Assembly: GCA_964016885.1 (NCBI GenBank)
Contig: OZ024741.1
Coordinates: forward strand, 249,488,001-249,552,000
DNA from: Eledone cirrhosa
Taxonomy: Eukaryota
Direction of reading: 5' to 3'
Length of the DNA stretch: 64,000 nt
Program-made: the position numbers and the translations under genes
Shown here: piece by piece, positions 40,901 to 55,900 of the stretch
Position numbering within the stretch: position 1 is the stretch's first letter
Layout: the number at the start of each line of letters is the position of its first letter
The notes under the pieces: generated by a model
The model's input: the letters and a program-made list of their open reading frames with translations, nothing else
What the model was told of the DNA's origin: nothing
Database searches by the model: none

Positions 40901-43900
40901 GGGGTAGATAATTTCCAGCCGTCCAAGGGGAGATAATTTCCATCCTTCCAAGGGGAGATAATTTCCAGCCGTCCAAGGGGAGATAATTTCCCGCCAGCCA
41001 AGGAGAGATAATATTTAAAAAAATCAGGCGGAGATAATTTGTAAAAAAAATCAGGGGGAGATAATTTGTAAAAAAAAATCAGGGGGAGATAATTTGTAAA
41101 AAAAAATCAGGGGGAGATAATTTGTAAAAAAAATCAAGGGGAGATAATTTGTAAAAAAAAATCAGGGGTAGATAATTTGTAAAAAAAAATCAGGGGGAGA
41201 TAATTTGTAAAAAAAAAATCAAGGGGAGATAATTTCCAGCCGTCCAAGGGGAGATAATTTTCAGCCGTCCAAGGAGAGGTAATTTCTAGCCGTCCAAGGG
41301 GAGATAATTTCCAGCCAGCCAAGGGGAGATAATTTGTAAAAAAATCAGGGGTAGATAATTTGTAAAAAAAAATCAGGGGGAGATAATTTGTAAAAAAAAT
41401 CAGGGGGAGATAATTTGTAAAAAAAATCAGGGGTAGATAATTTCCAGCCGTCCAAGGGGAGATAATTTCCATCCTTCCAAGGGGAGATAATTTCCAGCCG
41501 TCCAAGGGGAGATAATTTCCCGCCAGCCAAGGAGAGATAACATTTAAAAAAATCAGGCGGAGATAATTTGTAAAAAAAATCAGGGGGAGATAATTTGTAA
41601 AAAAATCAGGAGGAGATAATTTGTAAAAAAAATCAGGGGTAGATAATTTCCAGCCGTCCAAGGGGAGATAATTTCCATCCTTCCAAGGGGAGATAATTTC
41701 CAGCCGTCCAAGGGGAGATAATTTCCCGCCAGCCAAGGAGAGATAATATTTAAAAAAATCAGGCGGAGATAATTTGTAAAAAAAATCAGGGGGAGATAAT
41801 TTGTAAAAAAATCAGGGGGAGATAATTTGTAAAAAAAAATCAGGGGAGATAATTTGTAAAAAAAATCAGGGGGAGATAATTTGTAAAAAAAAATCAGGGG
41901 TAGATAATTTGTAAAAAAAAATCAGGGGGAGATAATTTGTAAAAAAAAAATCAGGGGGAGATAATTTGTAAAAAAATCAAGGGGAGATAATTTCCAGCCG
42001 TCCAAAGGGAGATAATTTTCAGCCGTCCAAGGAGGTAATTTCTAGCCGTCCAAGGGGAGATAATTTCCAGCCGTCCAAGGGGAGATAATTTTTTTAAAAA
42101 AATCAGGCGGAGATAATTTGTAAACAAAAATCAGGGGGAGATAATTTGTAAAAAAAAATCAGGGGGAGATAATTTGTAAAAAAAAATCAGGGGGAGATAA
42201 TTTGTAAAAAAAATCAAGGGGAGATAATTTCCAGCCGTCCAAGGGGAGGTAATATCTAGCCATCCAAGGGGAGATAATTTCCAGCCGTCCAAGGGGAGAT
42301 AATTTCCAGCCGTCCAAGGGGAGATAATATCCAGCCGTCCAAGGAGACATATTTTCCAGCCGTCCAAGGAGACGTAATTTCTAGCCGTCCAAGGGGAGAT
42401 AAGTTCCAGCCTCCAAGGGGAGATAATTTCCAGCCAGCCAAGGGGAGATAATTTGTAAAAAAATTAGGGGGAGATAATTTGTAAAAAAAAATTAGGGGGA
42501 GATAATTTGTAAAAAAAAATCAGGGGGAGATAATTTGTAAAAAAAAATCAGGGGGAGATAATTTGTAAAAAAAATCAAGGGGAGATAATTTCCAGCCGTC
42601 CAAGGGGAGATAATTTTCAGCCGTCCAAGGAGAGGTAAATTCTAGCCGTCCAAGGAGATATAATTTCCAGCCGTCCAAGGGGAGATAATTTCCAGCCGTC
42701 CAATGGCAGATAATTTTTAAAAAAAAATCAGGCGGAGATAATTTGTAAACAAAAATCAGGGGGAGATAATTTTTTAAAAAAAATCAGGGGGAGATAATTT
42801 GTAAAAAAAAATCAGGGGGAGATAATTTGTAAAAAAAATCAAGGGGAGATAATTTCCAGCCGTCCAAGGGGAGGTAATATCTAGCCATCCAAGGGGAGAT
42901 AATTTCCAGCCGTCCAAGGGGAGATAATATCCAGCCGTCCAAGGAGACATATTTTCCAGCCGTCCAAGGAGAGGTAATTTCTAGCCGTCCAAGGGGAGAT
43001 AAGTTCCAGCCTCCAAGGGGAGATAATTTCCAGCCAGCCAAGGGGAGATAATTTGTAAAAAAATCAGGGGGGAGATAATTTGTAAAAAAAATCAGGGGGA
43101 GATAATTTGAAAAAAAAATCAGGGGGAGATAATTTGTAAAAAATATCAAGGGGAGATAATTTCCAGCCCTCCAAGGGGCTATAATTTCCAGCCGTGCAAG
43201 GGGAGATAATTTCCAGCCGTCCAAGGGGAGATAATTTCCATCCTTCCAAGGGGAGATAATTTCCAGCCGTCCAAGGGGAGATAATTTCCCGCCAGCCAAG
43301 GGAAGATAATTTTTTTAAAAATCAGGCGGAGATTGTAAAAAAAATCAGGGGGAGATAATTTGTAAAAAAATCAGGGGGAGATAATTTGTAAAAAAAAAAT
43401 CAGGGGGAGATAATTTGTAAAAAAAAATCAGGGGGAGATAATTTGTAAAAAAAATCAGGGGGAGATAATTTGTAAAAAAAATCAGGGGTAGATAATTTGT
43501 AAAAAAAATCAGGGGGAGATAATTTGTAAAAAAAATCAGGGGGAGATAATTTGTAAAAAAAATCAGGGGTAGATAATTTTCAGCCGTCCAAGGGGAGATA
43601 ATTTCCATCCTTCCAAGGGGAGATAATTTCCAGCCGTCCAAGGGGAGATAATTTCCCGCCAGCCAAGGAGAGATAACATTTAAAAAAATCAGGCGGAGAT
43701 AATTTGTAAAAAAATCAGGGGGAGATAATTTGTAAAAAAAATCAGGGGTAGATAATTTCCAGCCGTCCAAGGGGAGATAATTTCCATCCTTCCAAGGGGA
43801 GATAATTTCCAGCCGTCCAAGGGGAGATAATTTCCCGCCAGCCAAGGAGAGATAATATTTAAAAAAATCAGGCGGAGATAATTTGTAAAAAAAATCAGGG

Positions 43901-46900
43901 GGAGATAATTTGTAAAAAAAAATCAGGGGGAGATAATTTGTAAAAAAAAATCAGGGGGAGATAATTTGTAAAAAAAATCAAGGGGAGATAATTTGTAAAA
44001 AAAAATCAGGGGTAGATAATTTGTAAAAAAAAATCAGGGGGAGATAATTTGTAAAAAAAAAATCAAGGGGAGATAATTTCCAGCCGTCCAAGGGGAGATA
44101 ATTTTCAGCCGTCCAAGGAGAGGTAATTTCTAGCCGTCCAAGGGGAGATAATTTCCAGCCAGCCAAGGGGAGATAATTTGTAAAAAAATCAGGGGTAGAT
44201 AATTTGTAAAAAAAAATCAGGGGGAGATAATTTGTAAAAAAAATCAGGGGGAGATAATTTGTAAAAAAAATCAGGGGTAGATAATTTCCAGCCGTCCAAG
44301 GGGAGATAATTTCCATCCTTCCAAGGGGAGATAATTTCCAGCCGTCCAAGGGGAGATAATTTCCCGCCAGCCAAGGAGAGATAACATTTAAAAAAATCAG
44401 GCGGAGATAATTTGTAAAAAAAATCAGGGGGAGATAATTTGTAAAAAAATCAGGGGGAGATAATTTGTAAAAAAAATCAGGGGTAGATAATTTCCAGCCG
44501 TCCAAGGGGAGATAATTTCCATCCTTCCAAGGGGAGATAATTTCCAGCCGTCCAAGGGGAGATAATTTCCCGCCAGCCAAGGAGAGATAATATTTAAAAA
44601 AATCAGGCGGAGATAATTTGTAAAAAAAATCAGGGGGAGATAATTTGTAAAAAAATCAGGGGGAGATAATTTGTAAAAAAAAATCAGGGGAGATAATTTG
44701 TAAAAAAAATCAGGGGGAGATAATTTGTAAAAAAAAATCAGGGGTAGATAATTTGTAAAAAAAAATCAGGGGGAGATAATTTGTAAAAAAAAAATCAGGG
44801 GGAGATAATTTGTAAAAAAATCAAGGGGAGATAATTTCCAGCCGTCCAAAGGGAGATAATTTTCAGCCGTCCAAGGAGGTAATTTCTAGCCGTCCAAGGG
44901 GAGATAATTTCCAGCCGTCCAAGGGGAGATAATTTTTTTAAAAAAATCAGGCGGAGATAATTTGTAAACAAAAATCAGGGGGAGATAATTTGTAAAAAAA
45001 AATCAGGGGGAGATAATTTGTAAAAAAAATCAGGGGGAGATAATTTGTAAAAAAAATCAAGGGGAGATAATTTCCAGCCGTCCAAGGGGAGGTAATATCT
45101 AGCCATCCAAGGGGAGATAATTTCCAGCCGTCCAAGGGGAGATAATTTCCAGCCGTCCAAGGGGAGATAATTTCCCGCCAGCCAAGGAGACATATTTTCC
45201 AGCCGTCCAAGGAGAGGTAATTTCTAGCCGTCCAAGGGGAGATAAGTTCCAGCCTCCAAGGGGAGATAATTTCCAGCCAGCCAAGGGGAGATAATTTGTA
45301 AAAAAATCAGGGGGAGATAATTTGTAAAAAAAAAATCAGGGGGAGATAATTTGTAAAAAAATCAGGGGGAGATAATTTGTAAAAAAAAAATCAGGGGGAG
45401 ATAATTTGTAAAAAAAATCAGGGGGAGATAATTTGTAAAAAAAATCAGGGGTAGATAATTTGTAAAAAAAATCAGGGGGAGATAATTTGTAAAAAAAATC
45501 AGGGGGAGATAATTTGTAAAAAAAATCAGGGGTAGATAATTTTCAGCCCTCCAAGGGGAGATAATTTCCATCCTTCCAAGGGGAGATAATTTCCAGCCGT
45601 CCAAGGGGAGATAATTTCCCGCCAGCCAAGGAGAGATAACATTTAAAAAAATCAGGCGGAGATAATTTGTAAAAAAAATCAGGGGGAGATAATTTGTAAA
45701 AAAATCAGGGGGAGATAATTTGTAAAAAAAATCAGGGGTAGATAATTTCCAGCCGTCCAAGGGGAGATAATTTCCATCCTTCCAAGGGGAGATAATTTCC
45801 AGCCGTCCAAGGGGAGATAATTTCCCGCCAGCCAAGGAGAGATAATATTTAAAAAAATCAGGCGGAGATAATTTGTAAAAAAAAATCAGGGGGAGATAAT
45901 TTGTAAAAAAATCAGGGGGAGATAATTTGTAAAAAAAAATCAGGGGGAGATAATTTGTAAAAAAAATCAGGGGGAGATAATTTGTAAAAAAAAATCAGGG
46001 GTAGATAATTTGTAAAAAAAAATCAGGGGGAGATAATTTGTAAAAAAAAATCAGGGGGAGATAATTTGTAAAAAAATCAAGGGGAGATAATTTCCAGCCG
46101 TCCAAGGGGAGATAATTTTCAGCCGTCCAAGGAGAGGTAATTTCTAGCCGTCCAAGGGGAGATAATTTCCAGCCGTCCATTGGGAGATAATTTTTTTTAA
46201 AAAATCAGGCGGAGATAATTTGTAAACAAAAATCAGGGGGAGATAATTTGTAAAAAAAAATCAGGGGGAGATAATTTGTAAAAAAAAATCAGGGGGAGAT
46301 AATTTGTAAAAAAAATCAAGGGGAGATAATTTCCAGCCGTCCAAGGGGAGGTAATATCTAGCCATCCAAGGGGAGATAATTTCCAGCCGTCCAAGGGGAG
46401 ATAATTTCCAGCCGTCCAAGGGGAGATAATATCCAGCCGTCCAAGGAGACATATTTTCCAGCCGTCCAAGGAGAGGTAATTTCTAGCCGTCCAAGGGGAG
46501 ATAAGTTCCAGCCTCCAAGGGGAGATAATTTCCAGCCAGCCAAGGGGAGATAATTTGTAAAAAAATCAGGGGGAGATAATTTGTAAAAAAAAATCAGGGG
46601 GAGATAATTTGTAAAAAAATCAGGGGGAGATAATTTGTAAAAAAAAATCAGGGGGAGATAATTTGTAAAAAAAATCAGGAGGAGATAATTTGTAAAAAAA
46701 ATCAGGGGTAGATAATTTGTAAAAAAAATCAGGGGGAGATAATTTGTAAAAAAAATCAGGGGGAGATAATTTGTAAAAAAAATCAGGGGTAGATAATTTT
46801 CAGCCGTCCAAGGGGAGATAATTTCCATCCTTCCAAGGGGAGATAATTTCCAGCCGTCCAAGGGGAGATAATTTCCCGCCAGCCAAGGAGAGATAACATT

Positions 46901-49900
46901 TAAAAAAATCAGGCGGAGATAATTTGTAAAAAAAATCAGGGGGAGATAATTTGTAAAAAAATCAGGGGGAGATAATTTGTAAAAAAAATCAGGGGTAGAT
47001 AATTTCCAGCCGTCCAAGGGGAGATAATTTCCATCCTTCCAAGGGGAGATAATTTCCAGCCGTCCAAGGGGATATAATTTCCCGCCAGCCAAGGAGAGAT
47101 AACATTTAAAAAAATCAGGCGGAGATAATTTGTAAAAAAATCAGGGGGAGATAATTTGTAAAAAAAATCAGGGGTAGATAATTTCCAGCCGTCCAAGGGG
47201 AGATAATTTCCATCCTTCCAAGGGGAGATAATTTCCAGCCGTCCAAGGGGAGATAATTTCCCGCCAGCCAAGGAGAGATAATATTTAAAAAAATCAGGCG
47301 GAGATAATTTGTAAAAAAAATCAGGGGGAGATAATTTGTAAAAAAAAATCAGGGGGAGATAATTTGTAAAAAAAAATCAGGGGGAGATAATTTGTAAAAA
47401 AAATCAAGGGGAGATAATTTGTAAAAAAAAATCAGGGGTAGATAATTTGTAAAAAAAAATCAGGGGGAGATAATTTGTAAAAAAATCAAGGGGAGATAAT
47501 TTCCAGCCATCCAAGGGGAGATAATTTTCAGCCGTCCAAGGAGAGGTAATTTCTAGCCGTCCAAGGGGAGATAATTTCCAGCCAGCCAAGGGGAGATAAT
47601 TTGTAAAAAAATCAGGGGTAGATAATTTGTAAAAAAAAATCAGGAGGAGATAATTTGTAAAAAAAATCAGGGGGAGATAATTTGTAAAAAAAATCAGGGG
47701 TAGATAATTTCCAGCCGTCCAAGGGGAGATAATTTCCATCCTTCCAAGGGGAGATAATTTCCAGCCGTCCAAGGGGAGATAATTTCCCGCCAGCCAAGGA
47801 GAGATAACATTTAAAAAAATCAGGCGGAGATAATTTGTAAAAAAAATCAGAGGGAGATAATTTGTAAAAAAATCAGGGGGAGATAATTTGTAAAAAAAAT
47901 CAGGGGTAGATAATTTCCAGCCGTCCAAGGGGAGATAATTTCCATCCTTCCAAGGGGAGATAATTTCCAGCCGTCCAAGGGGAGATAATTTCCCGCCAGC
48001 CAAGGAGAGATAATATTTAAAAAAATCAGGCGGAGATAATTTGTAAAAAAAATCAGGGGGAGATAATTTGTAAAAAAATCAGGGGGAGATAATTTGTAAA
48101 AAAAAATCAGGGGAGATAATTTGTAAAAAAAATCAGGGGGAGATAATTTGTAAAAAAAAATCAGGGGTAGATAATTTGTAAAAAAAAATCAGGGGGAGAT
48201 AATTTGTAAAAAAAAAATCAGGGGGAGATAATTTGTAAAAAAATCAAGGGGAGATAATTTCCAGCCGTCCAAAGGGAGATAATTTTCAGCCGTCCAAGGA
48301 GGTAATTTCTAGCCGTCCAAGGGGAGATAATTTCCAGCCGTCCAAGGGGAGATAATTTTTTTAAAAAAATCAGGCGGACATAATTTGTAAACAAAAATCA
48401 GGGGGAGATAATTTGTAAAAAAAAATCAGGGGGAGATAATTTGTAAAAAAAAATCAGGGGGAGATAATTTGTAAAAAAAATCAAGGGGAGATAATTTCCA
48501 GCCGTCCAAGGGGAGGTAATATCTAGCCATCCAAGGGGAGATAATTTCCAGTCGTCCAAGGGGAGATAATTTCCAGCCGTCCAAGGGGAGATAATATCCA
48601 GCCGTCCAAGGAGACATATTTTCCAGCCGTCCAAGGAGAGGTAATTTCTAGCCGTCCAAGGGGAGATAAGTTCCAGCCTCCAAGGGGAGATAATTTCCAG
48701 CCAGCCAAGGGGAGATAATTTGTAAAAAAATCAGGGGGAGATAATTTGTAAAATAAAAATCAGGGGGAGATAATTTGTAAAAAAATCAGGGGGAGATAAT
48801 TTGTAAAAAAAAAATCAGGGGGAGATAATTTGTAAAAAAAATCAGGGGTAGATAATTTTTAAAAAAAATCAGGGGGAGATAATTTGTAAAAAAAATCAGG
48901 GGGAGATAATTTGTAAAAAAAATCAGGGGTAGATAATTTTCAGCCCTCCAAGGGGAGATAATTTCCATCCTTCCAAGGGGAGATAATTTCCAGCCGTCCA
49001 AGGGGAGATAATTTCCCGCCAGCCAAGGAGAGATAACATTTAAAAAAATCAGGCGGAGATAATTTGTAAAAAAAATCAGGGGGAGATAATTTGTAAAAAA
49101 ATCAGGGGGAGATAATTTGTAAAAAAAATCAGGGGTAGATAATTTCCAGCCGTCCAAGGGGAGATAATTTCCATCCTTCCAAGGGGAGATAATTTCCAGC
49201 CGTCCAAGGGGAGATAATTTCCCGCCAGCCAAGGAGAGATAATATTTAAAAAAATCAGGCGGAGATAATTTGTAAAAAAAATCAGGGGGAGATAATTTGT
49301 AAAAAAATCAGGGGGAGATAATTTGTAAAAAAAAATCAGGGGGAGATAATTTGTGAAAAAAATCAGGGGGAGATAATTTGTAAAAAAAAATCAGGGGTAG
49401 ATAATTTGTAAAAAAAAATCAGGGGGAGATAATTTGTAAAAAAAAATCAGGGGGAGATAATTTGTAAAAAAATCAAGGGGAGATAATTTCCAGCCGTCCA
49501 AGGGGAGATAATTTTCAGCCGTCCAAGGAGAGGTAATTTCTAGCCGTCCAAGGGGAGATAATTTCCAGCCGTCCAAGGGGAGATAATTTTTTTAAAAAAA
49601 TCAGGCGGAGATAATTTGTAAACAAAAATCAGGGGGAGATAATTTGTAAAAAAAAATCAGGGGGAGATAATTTGTAAAAAAAAATCAGGGGGAGATAATT
49701 TGTAAAAAAAATCAAGGGGAGATAATTTCCAGCCGTCCAAGGGGAGGTAATATCTAGCCATCCAAGGGGAGATAATTTCCAGCCGTCCAAGGGGAGATAA
49801 TTTCCAGCCGTCCAAGGGGAGATAATATCCAGCCGTCCAAGGAGACATATTTTCCAGCCGTCCAAGGAGAGGTAATTTCTAGCCGTCCAAGGGGAGATAA

Positions 49901-52900
49901 GTTCCAGCCTCCAAGGGGAGATAATTTCCAGCCAGCCAAGGGGAGATAATTTGTAAAAAAATCAGGGGGAGATAATTTGTAAAAAAAAAATCAGGGGGAG
50001 ATAATTTGTAAAAAAATCAGGGGGAGATAATTTGTAAAAAAAATCAGGGGGAGATAATTTGTAAAAAAAATCAGGGGGAGATAATTTGTAAAAAAAATCA
50101 GGGGTAGATAATTTGTAAAAAAAATCAGGGGGAGATAATTTGTAAAAAAAATCAGGGGGAGATAATTTGTAAAAAAAATCAGGGGTAGATAATTTTCAGC
50201 CGTCCAAGGGGAGATAATTTCCATCCTTCCAAGGGGAGATAATTTCCAGCCGTCCAAGGGGAGATAATTTCCCGCCAGCCAAGGAGAGATAACATTTAAA
50301 AAAATCAGGCGGAGATAATTTGTAAAAAAAATCAGGGGGAGATAATTTGTAAAAAAATCAGGGGGAGATAATTTGTAAAAAAAATCAGGGGTAGATAATT
50401 TCCAGCCGTCCAAGGGGAGATAATTTCCATCCTTCCAAGGGGAGATAATTTCCAGCCGTCCAAGGGGAGATAATTTCCCGCCAGCCAAGGAGAGATAATA
50501 TTTAAAAAAATCAGGCGGAGATAATTTGTAAAAAAAATCAGGGGGAGATAATTTGTAAAAAAATCAGGGGGAGATAATTTGTAAAAAAAAATCAGGGGGA
50601 GATAATTTGTAAAAAAAATCAGGGGGAGATAATTTGTAAAAAAAAATCAGGGGTAGATAATTTGTAAAAAAAAATCAGGGGGAGATAATTTGTAAAAAAA
50701 AAATCAGGGAGATAATTTGTAAAAAAATCAAGGGGAGATAATTTCCAGCCGTCCAAGGGGAGATAATTTTCAGCCGTCCAAGGAGAGGTAATTTCTAGCC
50801 GTCCAAGGGGAGATAATTTCCAGCCGTCCAAGGGGAGATAATTTTTAAAAAAAATCAGGCGGAGATAATTTGTAAACAAAAATCAGGGGGAGATAATTTG
50901 TAAAAAAAAATCAGGGGGAGATAATTTGTAAAAAAAAATCAGGGGGAGATAATTTGTAAAAAAAATCAAGGGGAGATAATTTCCAGCCGTCAAGGGGAGG
51001 TAATATCTAGCCATCCAAGGGGAGATAATTTCCAGCCGTCCAAGGGGAGATAATTTCCAGCCGTCCAAGGGGAGATAATATCCAGCCGTCCAAGGAGACA
51101 TATTTTCCAGCCGTCCAAGGAGACGTAATTTCTAGCCGTCCAAGGGGAGATAAGTTCCAGCCTCCAAGGGGAGATAATTTCCAGCCAGCCAAGGGGAGAT
51201 AATTTGTAAAAAAATTAGGGGGAGATAATTTGTAAAAAAAAATTAGGGGGAGATAATTTGTAAAAAAAAATCAGGGGGAGATAATTTGTAAAAAAAAATC
51301 AGGGGGAGATAATTTGTAAAAAAAATCAAGGGCAGATAATTTCCAGCCGTCCAAGGGGAGATAATTTTCAGCCGTCCAAGGAGAGGTAAATTCTAGCCGT
51401 CCAAGGAGATATAATTTCCAGCCGTCCAAGGGGAGATAATTTCCAGCCGTCCAAGGGGAGATAATTTTTAAAAAAAAATCAGGCGGAGATAATTTGTAAA
51501 CAAAAATCAGGGGGAGATAATTTTTAAAAAAAAATCAGGGGGAGATAATTTGTAAAAAAAAATCAGGGGGAGATAATTTGTAAAAAAAATCAAGGGGAGA
51601 TAATTTCCAGCCGTCCAAGGGGAGGTAATATCTAGCCATCCAAGGGGAGATAATTTCCAGCCGTCCAAGGGGAGATAATTTCCAGCCGTCCAAGGGGAGA
51701 TAATATCCAGCCGTCCAAGGAGACATATTTTCCAGCCGTCCAAGGAGAGGTAATTTCTAGCCGTCCAAGGGGAGATAAGTTCCAGCCTCCAAGGGGAGAT
51801 AATTTCCAGCCAGCCAAGGGGAGATAATTTGTAAAAAAATCAGGGGGAGATAATTTGTAAAAAAAAAATCAGGGGGAGATAATTTGTAAAAAAATCAGGG
51901 GGAGATAATTTGTAAAAAAAATCAGGGGGAGATAATTTGTAGAAAAAATCAGGGGTAGATAATTTGTAAAAAAAATCAGGGGTAGATAATTTCCAGCCGT
52001 CCAAGGGGAGATAATTTCCATCCTTCCAAGGGGAGATAATTTCCAGCCGTCCAAGGGGAGATAATTTCCCGCCAGCCAAGGAGAGATAATATTTAAAAAA
52101 ATCAGGCGGAGATAATTTGTAAAAAAAATCAGGGGGAGATAATTTGTAAAAAAATCAGGGGGAGATAATTTGTAAAAAAAAATCAGGGGAAGATAATTTG
52201 TAAAAAAAAATCAGGGGGAGATAATTTGTAAAAAAAAATCAGGGGTAGATAATTTGTAAAAAAAAATCAGGGTGAGATAATTTGTAAAAAAAATCAGGGG
52301 GAGATAATTTGTAAAAAAAATCAGGGGTAGATAATTTGTAAAAAAAATCAGGGGGAGATAATTTGTAAAAAAAATCAGGGGGAGATAATTTGTAAAAAAA
52401 ATCAGGGGTAGATAATTTTCAGCCGTCCAAGGGGAGATAATTTCCATCCTTCCAAGGGGAGATAATTTCCAGCCGTCCAAGGGGAGATAATTTCCCGCCA
52501 GCCAAGGAGAGATAACATTTAAAAAAATCAGGCGGAGATAATTTGTAAAAAAATCAGGGGGAGATAATTTGTAAAAAAAATCAGGGGTAGATAATTTCCA
52601 GCCGTCCAAGGGGAGATAATTTCCATCCTTCCAAGGGGAGATAATTTCCAGCCGTCCAAGGGGAGATAATTTCCCGCCAGCCAAGGAGAGATAATATTTA
52701 AAAAAATCAGGCGGAGATAATTTGTAAAAAAAATCAGGGGGAGATAATTTGTAAAAAAATCAGGGGGAGATAATTTGTAAAAAAAAATCAGGGGGAGATA
52801 ATTTGTAAAAAAAAATCAGGGGGAGATAATTTGTAAAAAAAAATCAGGGGTAGATAATTTGTAAAAAAAAATCAGGGTGAGATAATTTGTAAAAGAAAAA

Positions 52901-55900
52901 TCAGGGGGAGATAATTTGTAAAAAAATCAAGGGGAGATAATTTCCAGCCGTCCAAGGGGAGATAATTTTCAGCCGTCCAAGGAGAGGTAATTTCTAGCCG
53001 TCCAAGGGGAGATAATTTCCAGCCGTCCAAGGGGAGATAATTTTTTTAAAAAAATCAGGCGGAGATAATTTGTAAACAAAAATCAGGGGGAGATAATTTG
53101 TAAAAAAAAATCAGGGGGAGATAATTTGTAAAAAAAAATCAGGGGGAGATAATTTGTAAAAAAAATCAAGGGGAGATAATTTGTCAAAAAAAATCAGGGG
53201 TAGATAATTTGTAAAAAAAAATCAGGGGGAGATAATTTGTAAAAAAAAAATCAGGGGGAGATAATTTGTAAAAAAATCAAGGGGAGATAATTTTCAGCCG
53301 TCCAAGGAGAGGTAATTTCTAGCCGTCCAAGGGGAGATAATTTCCAGCCAGCCAAGGGGAGATAATTTGTAAAAAAATCAGGGGTAGATAATTTGTAAAA
53401 AAAATTCAGGGGGAGATAATTTGTAAAAAAAATCAGGGGGAGATAATTTGTAAAAAAAATCAGGGGTAGATAAATTCCAGCCGTCCAAGGGGAGATAATT
53501 TCCATCCTTCCAAGGGGAGATAATTTCCAGCCGTCCAAGGGGAGATAATTTCCCGCCAGCCAAGGAGAGAAAACATTTAAAAAAATCAGGCGGAGATAAT
53601 TTGTAAAAAAAATCAGGGGGAGATAATTTGTAAAAAAATCAGGGGGAGATAATTTGTAAAAAAAATCAGGGGTAGATAATTTCCAGCCGTCCAAGGGGAG
53701 ATAATTTCCATCCTTCCAAGGGGAGATAATTTCCAGCCGTCCAAGGGGAGATAATTTCCCGCCAGCCAAGGAGAGATAATATTTAAAAAAATCAGGCGGA
53801 GATAATTTGTAAAAAAAATCAGGGGGAGATAATTTGTAAAAAAATCAGGGGGAGATAATTTGTAAAAAAAAATCAGGGGGAGATAATTTGTAAAAAAAAT
53901 CAGGGGGAGATAATTTGTAAAAAAAATCAGGGGTAGATAATTTGTAAAAAAAAATCAGGGGGAGATAATTTGTAAAAAAAAAATCAGGGGGAGATAATTT
54001 GTAAAAAAATCAAGGTGAGATAATTTCCAGCCGTCCAAGGGGAGATAATTTTCAGCCGTCCAAGGAGAGGTAATTGCTAGCCGTCCAAGGGGAGATAATT
54101 TCCAGCCGTCCAAGGGGAGATAATTTTTTTAAAAAAATCAGGCGGAGATAATTTGTAAACAAAAATCAGGGGGAGATAATTTGTAAAAAAAAATCAGGGG
54201 GAGATAATTTGTAAAAAAAAATCAGGGGGAGATAATTTCCAGCCGTCCAAGGGGAGATAATTTCCAGCCGTCCAAGGGGAGATAATATCCAGCCGTCCAA
54301 GGAGACATATTTTCCAGCCGTCCAAGGATAGGTAATTTCTAGCCGTCCAAGGGGAGATAAGTTCCAGCCTCCAAGGGGAGATAATTTCCAGCCAGCCAAG
54401 GGGAGATAATTTGTAAAAAAATCAGGGGGAGATAATTTGTAAAAAAAAATCAGGGGGAGATAATTTGTAAAAAAATCAGGGGGAGATAATTTGTAAAAAA
54501 AAATCAGGGGGAGATAATTTGTAAAAAAAATCAGGGGGAGATAATTTGTAAAAAAATCAGGGGTAGATAATTTGTAAAAAAAATCAGGGGGAGATAATTT
54601 GTAAAAAAAATCAGGGGGAGATAATTTGTAAAAAAAATCAGGGGTAGATAATTTTCAGCCGTCCAAGGGGAGATAATTTCCATCCTTCCAAGGGGAGATA
54701 ATTTCCAGCCGTCCAAGGGGAGATAATTTCCCGCCAGCCAAGGAGAGATAACATTTAAAAAAATCAGGCGGAGATAATTTGTAAAAAAATCAGGGGGAGA
54801 TAATTTATAAAAAAAAATCAGGGGGAGATAATTTGTAAAAAAAATCAGGGGGAGATAATTTGTAAAAAAAAATCAGGGGTAGATAATTTGTAAAAAAAAA
54901 TCAGGGGGAGATAATTTGTAAAAAAAAATCAGGGGGAGATAATTTGTAAAAAAATCAAGGGGAGATAATTTCCAGCCGTCCAAGGGGAGATAATTTTCAG
55001 CCGTCCAAGGAGAGGTAATTTCTAGCCGTCCAAGGGGAGATAATTTCCAGCCGTCCAAGGGGAGATAATTTTTTTAAAAAAATCAGGCGGAGATAATTTG
55101 TAAACAAAAATCAGGGGGAGATAATTTGTAAAAAAAAATCAGGGGGAGATAATTTGTAAAAAAAAATCAGGGGGAGATGATTTGTAAAAAAAATCAAGGG
55201 GAGATAATTTCCAGCCGTCCAAGGGGAGGTAATATCTAGCCATCCAAGGGGAGATAATTTCCAGCCGTCCAAGGGGAGATAATTTCCAGCCGTCCAAGGG
55301 GAGATAATATCCAGCCGTCCAAGGAGACATATTTTCCAGCCGTCCAAGGTACGTAATTTCTAGCCGTCCAAGGGGAGATAAGTTCCAGCCTCCAAGGGGA
55401 GATAATTTCCAGCCAGCCAAGGGGAGATAATTTGTAAAAAAATCAGGGGAGATAATTTGTAAAAAAAATCAGGGGGAGATAATTTGTAAAAAAAAATCAG
55501 GGGTAGATAATTTGTAAAAAAAATCAGGGGGAGATAATTTGTAAAAAAAAAATCAGGGGGAGATAATTTGTAAAAAAATCAAGGGGAGATAATTTCCAAC
55601 CGTCCAAGGGGAGATAATTTTCAGCCGTCCAAGGAGGTAATTTCTAGCCGTCCAAGGGGAGATAATTTCCAGCCGTCCAACAGGAGATAATTTTTTTAAA
55701 AAAATCAGGCGGAGATAATTTGTAAACAAAAATCAGGGGGAGATAATTTGTAAAAAAAAATCAGGGGGAGATAATTTGTAAAAAAAATCAGGGGGAGATA
55801 ATTTGTAAAAAAAATCAAGGGGAGATAATTTCCAGCCGTCCAAGGGGAGGTAATATCTAGCCATCCAAAGGGAGATAATTTCCAGCCGTCCAAGGGGAGA